Origin: Candidatus Dormiibacterota bacterium
Lineage (GTDB): Bacteria > Chloroflexota > Dormibacteria > Aeolococcales > Aeolococcaceae
DNA length: 64,000 nucleotides
Assembly: GCA_963754015.1 (NCBI GenBank)
Contig: CAVWEG010000004.1
Coordinates: 332,734-396,733 of the forward strand
Direction: 5' to 3'
The position numbers and the translations under genes are program-made. The notes beneath the pieces were generated by a model that did not search any database, was not told the origin of the DNA, and was given only the letters and a program-made list of their open reading frames with translations. Shown here one piece after another: positions 9,947-18,851 of the stretch. Each line of letters starts with the position of its first letter. Position 1 is the stretch's first letter.

Positions 9947-11785
9947 GTGACCCCGCTGAGGCCGTTGCGGGAGCGGGTGCTGTTTGCCTGTCGCCTGTGT
10001 GCGAAAGCAGGAAAGTTTCGTCTCCTTGCGATGCTGTTGACCAGCATCGCACAGGGCCTTGTTCCCGTCGCGTACGCGTTGCTCACCCGCACGCTCATTG
10101 ACGCGCTCGTCGCCGATCAACGGTCGGCTGCGATTGCCGCGCTGGTCGGAATCGCGATTACCTCAGCAGCGCTCATCGTCCTGCCTTCACTCAGCCACTA
10201 CGTGGGCGCCGACGTGGACCGCCGACTTGAGGTCGACCTCCAAGCTGAACTCTTTGGCGCCGTGGCCGCGCTACCAAGTCTTCGCTTTCTGGAAAGCCCA
10301 CCTTTTCTCGACCGTGTTCGCCTGGCGCAGCAAGCAGCGCTGACAGGCCCAGCTCAATTGATCGGCGGCGGTTTCGCCTTCGTGCAAGGCGCGACTACCC
10401 TGGTCGGGTTCGTTGCTACCCTCCTGGCGCTCGATCCGTGGATCGCTATCCTCCTCGCCGCCAGCGCGCTTCCGATGGTGGTGGCGGAGATGCGGCTTGG
10501 CGCCTCGCGCGCAGCGGCCCGACTTCGGGGTACCCCGTTTCGTCGGCAGAGCCTCGCCTACACGTCCAGCATGATCGACGCCAACGTCGCCCAGGAGATC
10601 CAACTCTTCGGTATCGGCAGCTTCCTGCGCGACAAGCTGGTGCACGCGCTTCGAGGAGCCACTGACATTGAGAGGCGTCAGGATCGCCATGAGCTGTGGG
10701 TCCGTGCCCTGCTCGGCGTCCTCGCCGCGGTCGCCGCCGCAGCCAGTCTGGGCCTGATTGTCGTCGGCGCGCTGCAGCATCGGTTCAACGTTGGTGATGT
10801 GGCAATAGTCCTCGCCGCCATGTCCGCATTGCAGTTGACGTTCACGTCCCTCACGACCCAACTCGGCCAGATGGCCGAGGTGCTGCGCCTCCTTGATCAC
10901 TATCAGACCGTGCTCGAAACGGCTGCGCACCGCGAACCTCAGACGGCCGCAAATCCGACACGTCGTGAGGTTCCGGTTGTGCACCGTGGTATCGAGATGC
11001 GCGACGTCTGGTTCCGCTACGAGGAGGGTCAGCCGTGGGTATTACAGGGGGTCAACCTCACCATCCCCGCCCATGGCGCACTCGCGCTTGTCGGCCCAAA
11101 CGGCGCTGGCAAGACCACGATTGCGAAACTCCTCTGCCGCTTCTACGACCCAACCCATGGCGAGGTGCTCTGGGATGGGATCAACATCCGCGAGTTCCCA
11201 ATGGACGAGCTGCGGCGCCACATTGGCATCGTGCTGCAAGATCCGGTCACGTACGATTTGACGGCCGCCGAGAACATCGGCGTGGGCAGCCTCGGCCGTC
11301 TTCGAAATCAGCCGGCGATCGAAGCGGCGGCCGCCATGACCAGCCTCCATGACATCTTGCGAGCGCTCCCTCGTGGGTACGAGACACTGCTGAGTCGCCT
11401 CTACTTTGACGAGCGCAGCGACGACCCCGGCCTGCTGCTTTCGGTAGGGCAACAGCAACGGCTGGCACTTGCTCGCGCCCTACTCCGCGCAGAGGCTCAG
11501 TTACTCGTCCTTGATGAACCCACTGCGGCGCTCGACCCCCAGGCGGAAGCCGCAATCCATGAGCGCCTCCGCGATCTCCGTCATGGCCGATCGAGCCTGC
11601 TCATCTCGCACCGCCTCAGCACCACCCGCGACGCCGACTGCATCGCGGTGCTCAGTGCAGGTCGCGTCGTCGAGTCAGGCAACCATCAGGAGCTAATGAG
11701 CCTGGGAGGTCTCTACGCGCGGTTATTCACCGTACAGGCCGCGGGTTACGCCGAGCAGCCGGCTCCCCTGACCGCAAACGGGTGA
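9947..11785 (+). CDS. ABC transporter, fused permease/ATP-binding exporter (612 aa)
   Basis: Six-TM N-terminal domain, then Walker A GPNGAGKTT, signature LSVGQQQRLALARALL and Walker B LLVLDEPT. Confidence 0.85.
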   Translation: MTPLRPLRERVLFACRLCAKAGKFRLLAMLLTSIAQGLVPVAYALLTRTLIDALVADQRSAAIAALVGIAITSAALIVLPSLSHYVGADVDRRLEVDLQAELFGAVAALPSLRFLESPPFLDRVRLAQQAALTGPAQLIGGGFAFVQGATTLVGFVATLLALDPWIAILLAASALPMVVAEMRLGASRAAARLRGTPFRRQSLAYTSSMIDANVAQEIQLFGIGSFLRDKLVHALRGATDIERRQDRHELWVRALLGVLAAVAAAASLGLIVVGALQHRFNVGDVAIVLAAMSALQLTFTSLTTQLGQMAEVLRLLDHYQTVLETAAHREPQTAANPTRREVPVVHRGIEMRDVWFRYEEGQPWVLQGVNLTIPAHGALALVGPNGAGKTTIAKLLCRFYDPTHGEVLWDGINIREFPMDELRRHIGIVLQDPVTYDLTAAENIGVGSLGRLRNQPAIEAAAAMTSLHDILRALPRGYETLLSRLYFDERSDDPGLLLSVGQQQRLALARALLRAEAQLLVLDEPTAALDPQAEAAIHERLRDLRHGRSSLLISHRLSTTRDADCIAVLSAGRVVESGNHQELMSLGGLYARLFTVQAAGYAEQPAPLTANG

Positions 11786-12380
11786 TGACCACGCCGACAA
11801 TACGCTCGACCCGAATCGCACCCCACGCTTTCGAATCCAGGCTCAACGGGTTATCGCCGAGCACGATCACCCGCCCAGCAGCGATGCGACGGCCGGAAAG
11901 ATCGGGATGGGCGGCCACAACAACTGGCGGGTACGCGTCACGCGCAAGTGCGACCACCCGTTTCACCATCCATGGAACCCCAGTGCTATGCCCCGTGTCG
12001 GCTCCATCCGTGCGAGGAGGACGGAGCACGACGATTGAGCCGCGTCGGGGATGCACCCAAACACGGCGCACAAGCACCCGATCCCCCGACCGCAACGCTG
12101 GCTCCATGCTCCCGCCGTCAACTTCGACAACGATGAGGGTATGTCGGAGGATCCACACCCCGACGATCGCGCAGCTGACGAGCGAGAAGGCCCGCGTCGG
12201 TACACGCTTTCGGTGTTGGGGCGCCGAGGGTGTGCCATGCAAGAATCCCACTGTTTGGCGCCTCCCGGTGGGATGGATCGCTTGTTGACCGTCAGTGTGT
12301 CTGGTTTCGGGATCAGGAACGAAGGCGTCAAACGCCCCATCGAACCGCTCGCCACGGCCGCTCCTGAGCCGGGCAATCAC
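11727..12380 (-). CDS. Signal peptidase I (S26) homolog, stand-alone
   Basis: TM anchor LVSCAIVGVWIL. Catalytic Ser box GGSMEPAL, Lys box WMVKRVVAL and VLGDNPLSLDSKAWG box. Convergent with the end of the ABC exporter. Confidence 0.6.
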   Translation of the reverse strand: MIARLRSGRGERFDGAFDAFVPDPETRHTDGQQAIHPTGRRQTVGFLHGTPSAPQHRKRVPTRAFSLVSCAIVGVWILRHTLIVVEVDGGSMEPALRSGDRVLVRRVWVHPRRGSIVVLRPPRTDGADTGHSTGVPWMVKRVVALARDAYPPVVVAAHPDLSGRRIAAGRVIVLGDNPLSLDSKAWGAIRVERIVGVVITRLRSGEPAARRNPRPVR

Positions 12381-12533
12381 CCGAGACGACGCCGTAGCCG
12401 GATGATCTGTCGGCCCACGCGATAACTAGCTTCGGGCTGCGCCAGATCGCGATGTCTCGAGCGGTAGAAAAGATCAGGCGAGCGCATCGGACACCTCGCT
12501 GTCGTCGTCCTTCCAACACGCCACACGATCGCG

Positions 12534-13082
12534 TCAGGACGTCGAGTTGCCGCCCTTGATGGTGACGTTCTTGTAGCCCATGACGAGCACAAGGACACCG
12601 ATGACGCACATGCCCGCGCAGACTGCCAGTGACACGTATGCCGCGGTGGGTTGTTTGGAGGAGATCGCGGTGATGACGAAGATGAATACCACACCAAGCG
12701 CAAGCACCGAGGCCAGCGCGATCGTAAAGCAAACTCGCGCCATTGGCCATAACATCACCGGATCGCTGAACTGCACATCACCCCTGAATCCTGTCGAGGA
12801 GATTGCCGCACTAACAGCGTTTGCCTTCTCTTGCGAAGTACCGCTCGCCGGCAGTGCCGCGTTGACGAGCGTTTGAGCTGCCGTTTGCGTCAGCGTGCTA
12901 TTGAGCGCGACGTGCCGCGCCAAATCGACCGGAACGGCCTGGTCATTGGCAGCTCCCTGAATAACCGTTGCGAGCTGAGCCGGCTCGAGCGCCGCAGGGC
13001 GCGCCCCACCCGAGCCGTTTGTCAGAGCGATGACGCTTTGAAAGCGCTTGATGGGGTCGGTGTAGTCTGGATCGAACGCCAT
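12534..13082 (-). CDS. Membrane protein (soluble N-terminal domain plus two C-terminal TM helices)
   Basis: ORF track. C-terminal hydrophobic helices CFTIALASVLALGVVFIFVITAI and AAYVSLAVCAGMCVIGVLVLVMGY. Confidence 0.4.
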   Translation of the reverse strand: MAFDPDYTDPIKRFQSVIALTNGSGGARPAALEPAQLATVIQGAANDQAVPVDLARHVALNSTLTQTAAQTLVNAALPASGTSQEKANAVSAAISSTGFRGDVQFSDPVMLWPMARVCFTIALASVLALGVVFIFVITAISSKQPTAAYVSLAVCAGMCVIGVLVLVMGYKNVTIKGGNSTS

Positions 13083-13858
13083 GATCCCTCCTTCCGTGTG
13101 CTTCCGAGAATCAACGAACTACCTTCAGAAATGGTAACGCGAACACAGTCGCCCTTTCAGTGACTCGTCGCCGCCGGCGCACGGATCCTAGGATCCGTAT
13201 GTCAGACCTTCGGGCGAGGCCTAGCGGTCTTCGCAGGAGCTCGACGTGGGATTGGCACGGAGCGGTAATCGGTGACGCCAGCGAAACCGTCACTTCAGCA
13301 GAAGCGCGCGACCCATCGCATCAGGTCCTCGCCGATGCCTATCGCGAAGCAAAGTTGAATGCAGGATCCGCGACAAGCGCCCGCCCAGACACGTGCCGGT
13401 CGTCAGTGTGAGCAGTTTGGCGGCGTCGCGCCAATGACACGACACGTGTGTGGATAGCCGACGCAAGAAATCAGTCTGTTGGTAGAGGGTAGAGTGCCGC
13501 GGCCCTCTGTATCGCGTCCCGGTGAGTCCACCTTGCCAAGGGTGCCCCGGACGTATGGCACGGTCCGCGTTGGGGCCAACGTTGGCAACATCGGTGGTCC
13601 GCTGCTCGGCGCAGCCGCCGTCACGGCGTCGCTGCCGAGTGTCCTCGCTGTGGTTGCCGCGGTCCTAGGTGCTGCCGTCGTGGTGATCAGCCTCACCGTC
13701 CCGCCAGACCGAAACTTCGCCGAGAGGCCATAGGACTATTAGCCAGATGTGCAGCCACACGCGCTCCACGCGCTGCTATTGGACCGTCGACGTGCCTCCT
13801 CGTCCTCTCGGGCGGCGTCCCGGCGATCACATTCACGTGGCTGTACCGGTGGCCGTGA

Positions 13859-14617
13859 CTAAGCGGCCGCACTCTGCGGTGACCTTGCAACCTGCATCAC
13901 GTCCTCCCTGTTCAGTTCGTAGTCAGCGACAGGGCTCTCACCAACTCTCAGCGTCTTGTCCGGTGGATGCTTCTCAACGAGTCTTCTCATCGCCCGCTCG
14001 ATTGGGTGATCGACCAAACGATCGATCTGGTCATCAGTGAGGCCCTTTTGGCGGTAGTGGTCGCGCAGGCCCTCCGCGGAGTATTCGATGTGGAGGTGGC
14101 GGCGGATCACAAACAGTCTCCCGACCGTCTCAAAGACATCGGGGTGATACACGTCATCCACAATCATTAGCTGGTGCGCGAGTGTTCCGATGCCGTTGAA
14201 ACGTAGCAGCTCGGCGAAGAGTTGATATGAACCCATCACGCGCTTGAGGTCGTGACCGAGATCGTGTAGTGACAGCAGGTCGTCGGCTACTCCGCGCTCG
14301 CGCGCCACAAATCGGATGTACTCACCGAAACTCACCCTTTGGAAATTGGTCAGGTCACGATCGAGATGCTTGGTGAGTTCGCTCTTGCCGATGCCGCCTT
14401 CGCCACTGACGAGGATCACCTCCGCGCCCTTAGCCGCACCGAAGCCTCGCGTCAGGCTGACAGCCCAACTTCCCGCGCCGACGCAGACGGCTGCCCCAAT
14501 GATCCAATACAACGTCCCCAGCGACCAGTTGGCGGCCATCCTGACGATCAGCAACGCAATCACCGTCACGGCGCCGGCGATTACGGGCCAAGCAGCACGT
14601 CGATTCAGGTTCAGCAT
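13859..14617 (-). CDS. Membrane-anchored P-loop NMP-kinase-like protein (CMP-kinase-like)
   Basis: One or two TM helices, then VILVSGEGGIGKSELTKHL (Walker A) and SFGEYIRFVARERG. This is paralogous to the SFGDYVRHVARERG motif of the 15443-16009 protein and resembles the Cmk DTGAMYR region. Start trimmed to Met36, which overlaps the stop of the upstream membrane-protein gene by 1 nt. Confidence 0.5.
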   Translation of the reverse strand: MLNLNRRAAWPVIAGAVTVIALLIVRMAANWSLGTLYWIIGAAVCVGAGSWAVSLTRGFGAAKGAEVILVSGEGGIGKSELTKHLDRDLTNFQRVSFGEYIRFVARERGVADDLLSLHDLGHDLKRVMGSYQLFAELLRFNGIGTLAHQLMIVDDVYHPDVFETVGRLFVIRRHLHIEYSAEGLRDHYRQKGLTDDQIDRLVDHPIERAMRRLVEKHPPDKTLRVGESPVADYELNREDVMQVARSPQSAAA

Positions 14618-15087
14618 CAAGACCCGGTCGCCACTGCCACAAGAAGCGCAGCAAGCAACGTACACGCCGCCCCACGACGAACAGACTGCGCGAACAGGTT
14701 CCTCGGGAGGGGCCTGATCCATCGGTTCACCACGAACCAGACGAATCCGCAGGCAAAGCCAGCAAAGGAACCGATCGCCGTAGCCCCAGTCAGCGCATCG
14801 TAATCGTTCGGGTTAAGGTCGATGACGTTAGTGGATACCTTGAGCGCAACCAGTCCGGCAACTACTCCTACGACACTCAGCCCAACCACGAATCCAGCGA
14901 TGTTTGCGGCTGCTGCCACGAATGCCTCCGTCCAAGGCGTGTCTTTACCTTTGCGCGCGGCAAACCACTCGAGACTTGCTCCGCAAATGAGCCCAGCGGC
15001 GGCACCAACCGCGCCGAATGCCCCGGGCAACCCGATGCCTACACGATGCGGGATAAGGATCACACCCAGTACCTTCACGGTGCTCAC
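14617..15087 (-). CDS. Membrane protein (four predicted TM helices)
   Basis: ORF track. Hydrophobic segments throughout. Translationally coupled to the downstream TM-kinase gene. Confidence 0.4.
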   Translation of the reverse strand: MSTVKVLGVILIPHRVGIGLPGAFGAVGAAAGLICGASLEWFAARKGKDTPWTEAFVAAAANIAGFVVGLSVVGVVAGLVALKVSTNVIDLNPNDYDALTGATAIGSFAGFACGFVWFVVNRWIRPLPRNLFAQSVRRGAACTLLAALLVAVATGS

Positions 15088-15442
15088 GCCGTCATCTTAG
15101 GTTCGGCCCATCTACTTGTGCATACTTTGCTGGCACAACATCCACTCGAGTACCCACATCGTGTGTGCGACCCATCCCACAATCGACTGGGCTCGAACGT
15201 CGACTGAGACACATCGGACTTCCAGGTCGCCATCAAGAGCACGGCGGGCGACAACCAGCGATGGTGTTTAGGCCGAGTGTCGTTCCCGATGCTGCCGGCC
15301 CTCATGAAAGCGATCATTGGGGGGCACCAGCGGAGGGACGAAACTGATGCTGCGATCGCGCGCGCCGCCGCCGGGAGGTTCAGTCTCGATTGAGGCTTGA
15401 TGGAAACCCCATATATCGTCACTGGCTATTGCATCGATCAGG

Positions 15443-16009
15443 CTAGTACTCGATCGCCGGCGCGCTGATCCTCTGCAAATCCCGCCGTAGAAACTGATAT
15501 GCAGTTTCGGCCGCTTCCTCGATCGTTAGGCCCCCTTCGACCGTGTAATCCGCAAGGTCGACAACTGCACCGACTCCTGACTCAGTCGCATGGGCCTCGA
15601 CGGCCTCGGCCAGTTTGACGCCGATCCCCCGCGCTTGCAGGCGCTTACTTCGTAACGCACTATCGACGCTGACCGCGACGAGCCGAAACGGCAACGGGTG
15701 GACTATTCGTGCCAGTGCGTGGATCGCCTCGACATGACGCACACCGTCCACGACCACGGAGCCTCGTGCGTAGCCTGAAAAGTTCAGAACCGCTCGGCAA
15801 AATGACGGCCAGCCGACCGCGATCAACTCATCGCCGATCGCTTGCAGCACCTCGCGCCGGCCGCAATCGATGCCGCGTTCGCGGGCAACGTGTCGAACGT
15901 AATCGCCGAAACTCGCATATGCACAATCCATGCGCGCCGCGAGTTCATGGGCGAGTGTGGTCTTGCCACTCCCGATTCGACCCGCGACCCCGACGGCGAC
16001 TGGCCTCAT
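15443..16009 (-). CDS. P-loop nucleoside-monophosphate kinase-like protein (cytidylate-kinase-like)
   Basis: VAVGVAGRIGSGKTTLAHELAARM followed by SFGDYVRHVARERGID, matching the Cmk layout (G-x-G-x-GKxT ... DTGAMYR). ATGA overlap with the upstream ASCH gene. Confidence 0.55.
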   Translation of the reverse strand: MRPVAVGVAGRIGSGKTTLAHELAARMDCAYASFGDYVRHVARERGIDCGRREVLQAIGDELIAVGWPSFCRAVLNFSGYARGSVVVDGVRHVEAIHALARIVHPLPFRLVAVSVDSALRSKRLQARGIGVKLAEAVEAHATESGVGAVVDLADYTVEGGLTIEEAAETAYQFLRRDLQRISAPAIEY

Positions 16010-16506
16010 AAGAGTCCAGGTGTGGGTTGATCAACAAGGACGACCCACCCCCGTCGGTCTCGCTTTGGGAGTGCTAGTTGCGGGAGCGCGCGTGCCTCGG
16101 TGATCTGCATGAGAGTGGCGAATACCGCATCGCGTCGATCCTCCCAGAACGCTCCTTGGGGGCAAATCGCAGGGCCAAACCGTTCCCGAATCTCCGCCCA
16201 GGTTCTAGGTGTCAAACGGTAATCCCACACAGCACTCACGGTGCACGCCCCCACAAGTGGTCCTGAAGAACGCTTGAGGAGCACGATGTCCCTTGGGGTC
16301 ACTCTGCCGTATGGAACACTCCGTTTCCGGGAGAAGCGCGATTCTACTGTCTTCGAGCGATCCAGCACGAACTGGAGGTACGGTTCAACCAAGATAGCGA
16401 TGTGCAATCCGACCCGTGGCGTGTCCTTGTCCATCGCCTCATCAAACAGATCGGACCAAACCCGCTCACGTCGCACCGCGTTGCGGAGATGCTCAAGGAG
16501 CATCAA
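16006..16506 (-). CDS. ASCH-domain (PUA-like) protein
   Basis: LHIAILVEPYLQFVLDRSKTVESRF fits the ASCH beta-barrel signature (..ik..y...i.sG.KtvExR). ATGA overlaps with both neighbouring genes. Confidence 0.5.
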   Translation of the reverse strand: MMLLEHLRNAVRRERVWSDLFDEAMDKDTPRVGLHIAILVEPYLQFVLDRSKTVESRFSRKRSVPYGRVTPRDIVLLKRSSGPLVGACTVSAVWDYRLTPRTWAEIRERFGPAICPQGAFWEDRRDAVFATLMQITEARALPQLALPKRDRRGWVVLVDQPTPGLL

Positions 16507-17786
16507 CTCGCCATCTGCTCACAACGGCGTGGCGGTTTCCAGCCAAGCTTGGCAAGCTCACGGCTTTCGTCGCGACAGATCCCCCGCAGTTGGGTTGTAG
16601 ACATTGCGACTCGGATTCCTTCCGCTCGGGTCAGTGGTCTGTCGACCCTAGCCGCAACCTGCTGCTCAGGGTCAACGCCAAGGGTCATCGCATCCAGGAT
16701 CACTGGGAGCACGTTGGGCGACGCACAACTGAAGACGCGATTACCTGAGGTCCAGACATCGACTTGGTCGCGAATTGGATGCCGCCGACTCACGTCAGCA
16801 AGGACATCTCCGTCTACAACTCGATGGAGGACCGGATCGATGACAGAGCTCTCATGCTTCCTGATACGGACCCGAACCCAACCAACGGCTCGCTCATCCC
16901 AAAGCGCCTGCGCGCCCATCCAATCGGGCGCGGTTGGCGGTCTGCCGGAGGTGGTGAGTATTTGTAAGTTTCCGCGTCGCCAATCCATCGGCAAGTCGCG
17001 CCACCCCGCGGCGAAGAGCGCATTGATCTCGAACGGCGGTGACAAGTATCGGATGGCCGTCGGTAAGGCTCTGATCGCTCGAAGTCCATGTGCCGCGGCA
17101 CGCTCTCGGAAATGAGCTCGATCACGGCTCCAGGCCGGCCTCGTTCCCGGCGCCGGCAGCGTAATAAACAGAGGCGCGCCCGAACGAGCGCAACTTGCGG
17201 CTGCCCACAGGAATGCGTCTATGTGTTCGGGGTACCAAGGAGGATCAGCAACGACCGCCGCCGCCGATAGATCGGGGATCTTATCGAGAGTCAGATCACA
17301 CACATGAAGTGTGCCAGGTGGTCCCGCCGACGCTAATCGGTCGAGAATTATTGAACTGTAATCTACCAACACGAAGCGACGATTGAGTCGGCGACTGTAA
17401 GCGGCGAGGTAGAGGCTGGGAGTCCCGAGAAGGACGACGGTGTCGCCTGGCTGAGTGGCTGCGAGTGTGCGAGCAAGCAGGTCATCGATGGCCTCGGGCG
17501 CATACCGCCAGTCGAAATCGAGGGGATGAGGAGGTGGGAGCACGCTTCCTAAGGTCTTCGAGGGCAGCGGCCGATGCGTGGCTCTAGATAGAACGGCGCG
17601 ATGAGCGTCTGGCCCGAGTGTCCCCGCGAGCCGTAGCCGATTGAGGCCGTCTTCGACGAGCGACGGGTACACCCCGGGCAGGGCTCGAACCAATTCATCA
17701 AAGTCATGCACGCCCTGTGCTATGGCGTCACCGATCCAGTGATCAACCCGGCGACGGAACGCCGCGGTGTCTCGAGCGTGACTCAC
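16503..17786 (-). CDS. MT-A70-like (DPPW-motif) N6-adenine-type methyltransferase
   Basis: Motif IV AAVVADPPWYPEH (DPPW). Likely GTG start at 17786 forming a GTGA overlap with the stop of the radical-SAM ORF; the ORF-track start at 17867 would overlap by 84 nt. Confidence 0.55.
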   Translation of the reverse strand: MSHARDTAAFRRRVDHWIGDAIAQGVHDFDELVRALPGVYPSLVEDGLNRLRLAGTLGPDAHRAVLSRATHRPLPSKTLGSVLPPPHPLDFDWRYAPEAIDDLLARTLAATQPGDTVVLLGTPSLYLAAYSRRLNRRFVLVDYSSIILDRLASAGPPGTLHVCDLTLDKIPDLSAAAVVADPPWYPEHIDAFLWAAASCARSGAPLFITLPAPGTRPAWSRDRAHFRERAAAHGLRAIRALPTAIRYLSPPFEINALFAAGWRDLPMDWRRGNLQILTTSGRPPTAPDWMGAQALWDERAVGWVRVRIRKHESSVIDPVLHRVVDGDVLADVSRRHPIRDQVDVWTSGNRVFSCASPNVLPVILDAMTLGVDPEQQVAARVDRPLTRAEGIRVAMSTTQLRGICRDESRELAKLGWKPPRRCEQMAS

Positions 17787-18851
17787 GCACGTGCTCCGAG
17801 CGGTACGCTGGAGATGCGCATAGCGCGATCGCGGGATGAAAAGCGGCGTTCCAGTTCGGCTTGCCATGCTTCAACGGCGACGTGTTGCACCTGCATTGAT
17901 TCCCGCCTAACGCTATTCAGCCGAGGCGTAACCGGTCCATACTCGATGATCTCAAGCGGCACCAACCGGAGGGGAAGCGCCTCCGTGATGCTCTGGAGGC
18001 GATCAACGAAGGTGCACATAGCACGCGGGAGACCCTGCGTACTGGGACCGGTGAACGTGGCATATGCATATAGGTCGAGTCCCGTCGAGAGCAGCTTCGC
18101 GAAGAGTTCGAACTGACGGTCGAACAGTGCTGGGGCGGCCTCGGTGTTGAACGCGAAGGAAACTTCGTCGAAACCCTTGAAGCAGCACACGCGTCCATAT
18201 CCTTGATAGTCGGACATGGTCCTGCGCGTGGCGCCATCTAGGAACTTCCAGAAGTAGTCATTGCTCAAATTGTCGTCGGACCAGAGGTACACCGAGTTCC
18301 TGCAGCCGTGCATCAATCAGCGCCTTCATCATCCATGGCACCCACTCGGGCGTCAGGTCAGGCTGACCACCAGTCAGGTCGATCATTGGTGGCCGTGGGT
18401 CGACGCTGGCGTAGCGCTCGACGAGCTCGCGGGGCGTCACCCAGATGCCCTTGGCGGCTCCGAGAAGGTCAAACGGCACGAAGCAATACCAGCATCGCCA
18501 GTTGCAAGCGGCGTTTTGGAACACCTGAGCCTCTAACTCGTCGGATTCACGCAGTCCCAAGAACGTTGCAGCGGGGTCAATAGGCAGCGCATTTTCCGGC
18601 CATCTCTCGCTCGTCGAACGGCGGAAGTGTCGCAGCCGACCAATACCACCGCAGTTTGCAGGCTCCGTGAGGTCCGCCTCTTGGCCGCTTCCACGGAAAT
18701 CCGCGACAAGCACCCTCCCTTCAGCCAAATTGATAGCTCGTGGGCGGAGACGCGCAGAGTAGCTATCCGTGTCAATCATTAGAGGTGATGTGCGCTTGCG
18801 TGCGGTATGGCACGTGGGTTGGACCCTCCGGGAGGTCAGGCCAACGATCAT
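17783..18851 (-). CDS. Radical SAM enzyme, split into two overlapping ORFs (18258-18851 and 17783-18316) by an apparent frameshift
   Basis: CxxxCxxC cluster NAACNWRCWYCFVPF and a glycine-rich SAM motif LTGGQPDL in the N-terminal ORF. The C-terminal ORF continues in another frame with a 58-nt overlap. Combined length is about 355 aa. Confidence 0.55.
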
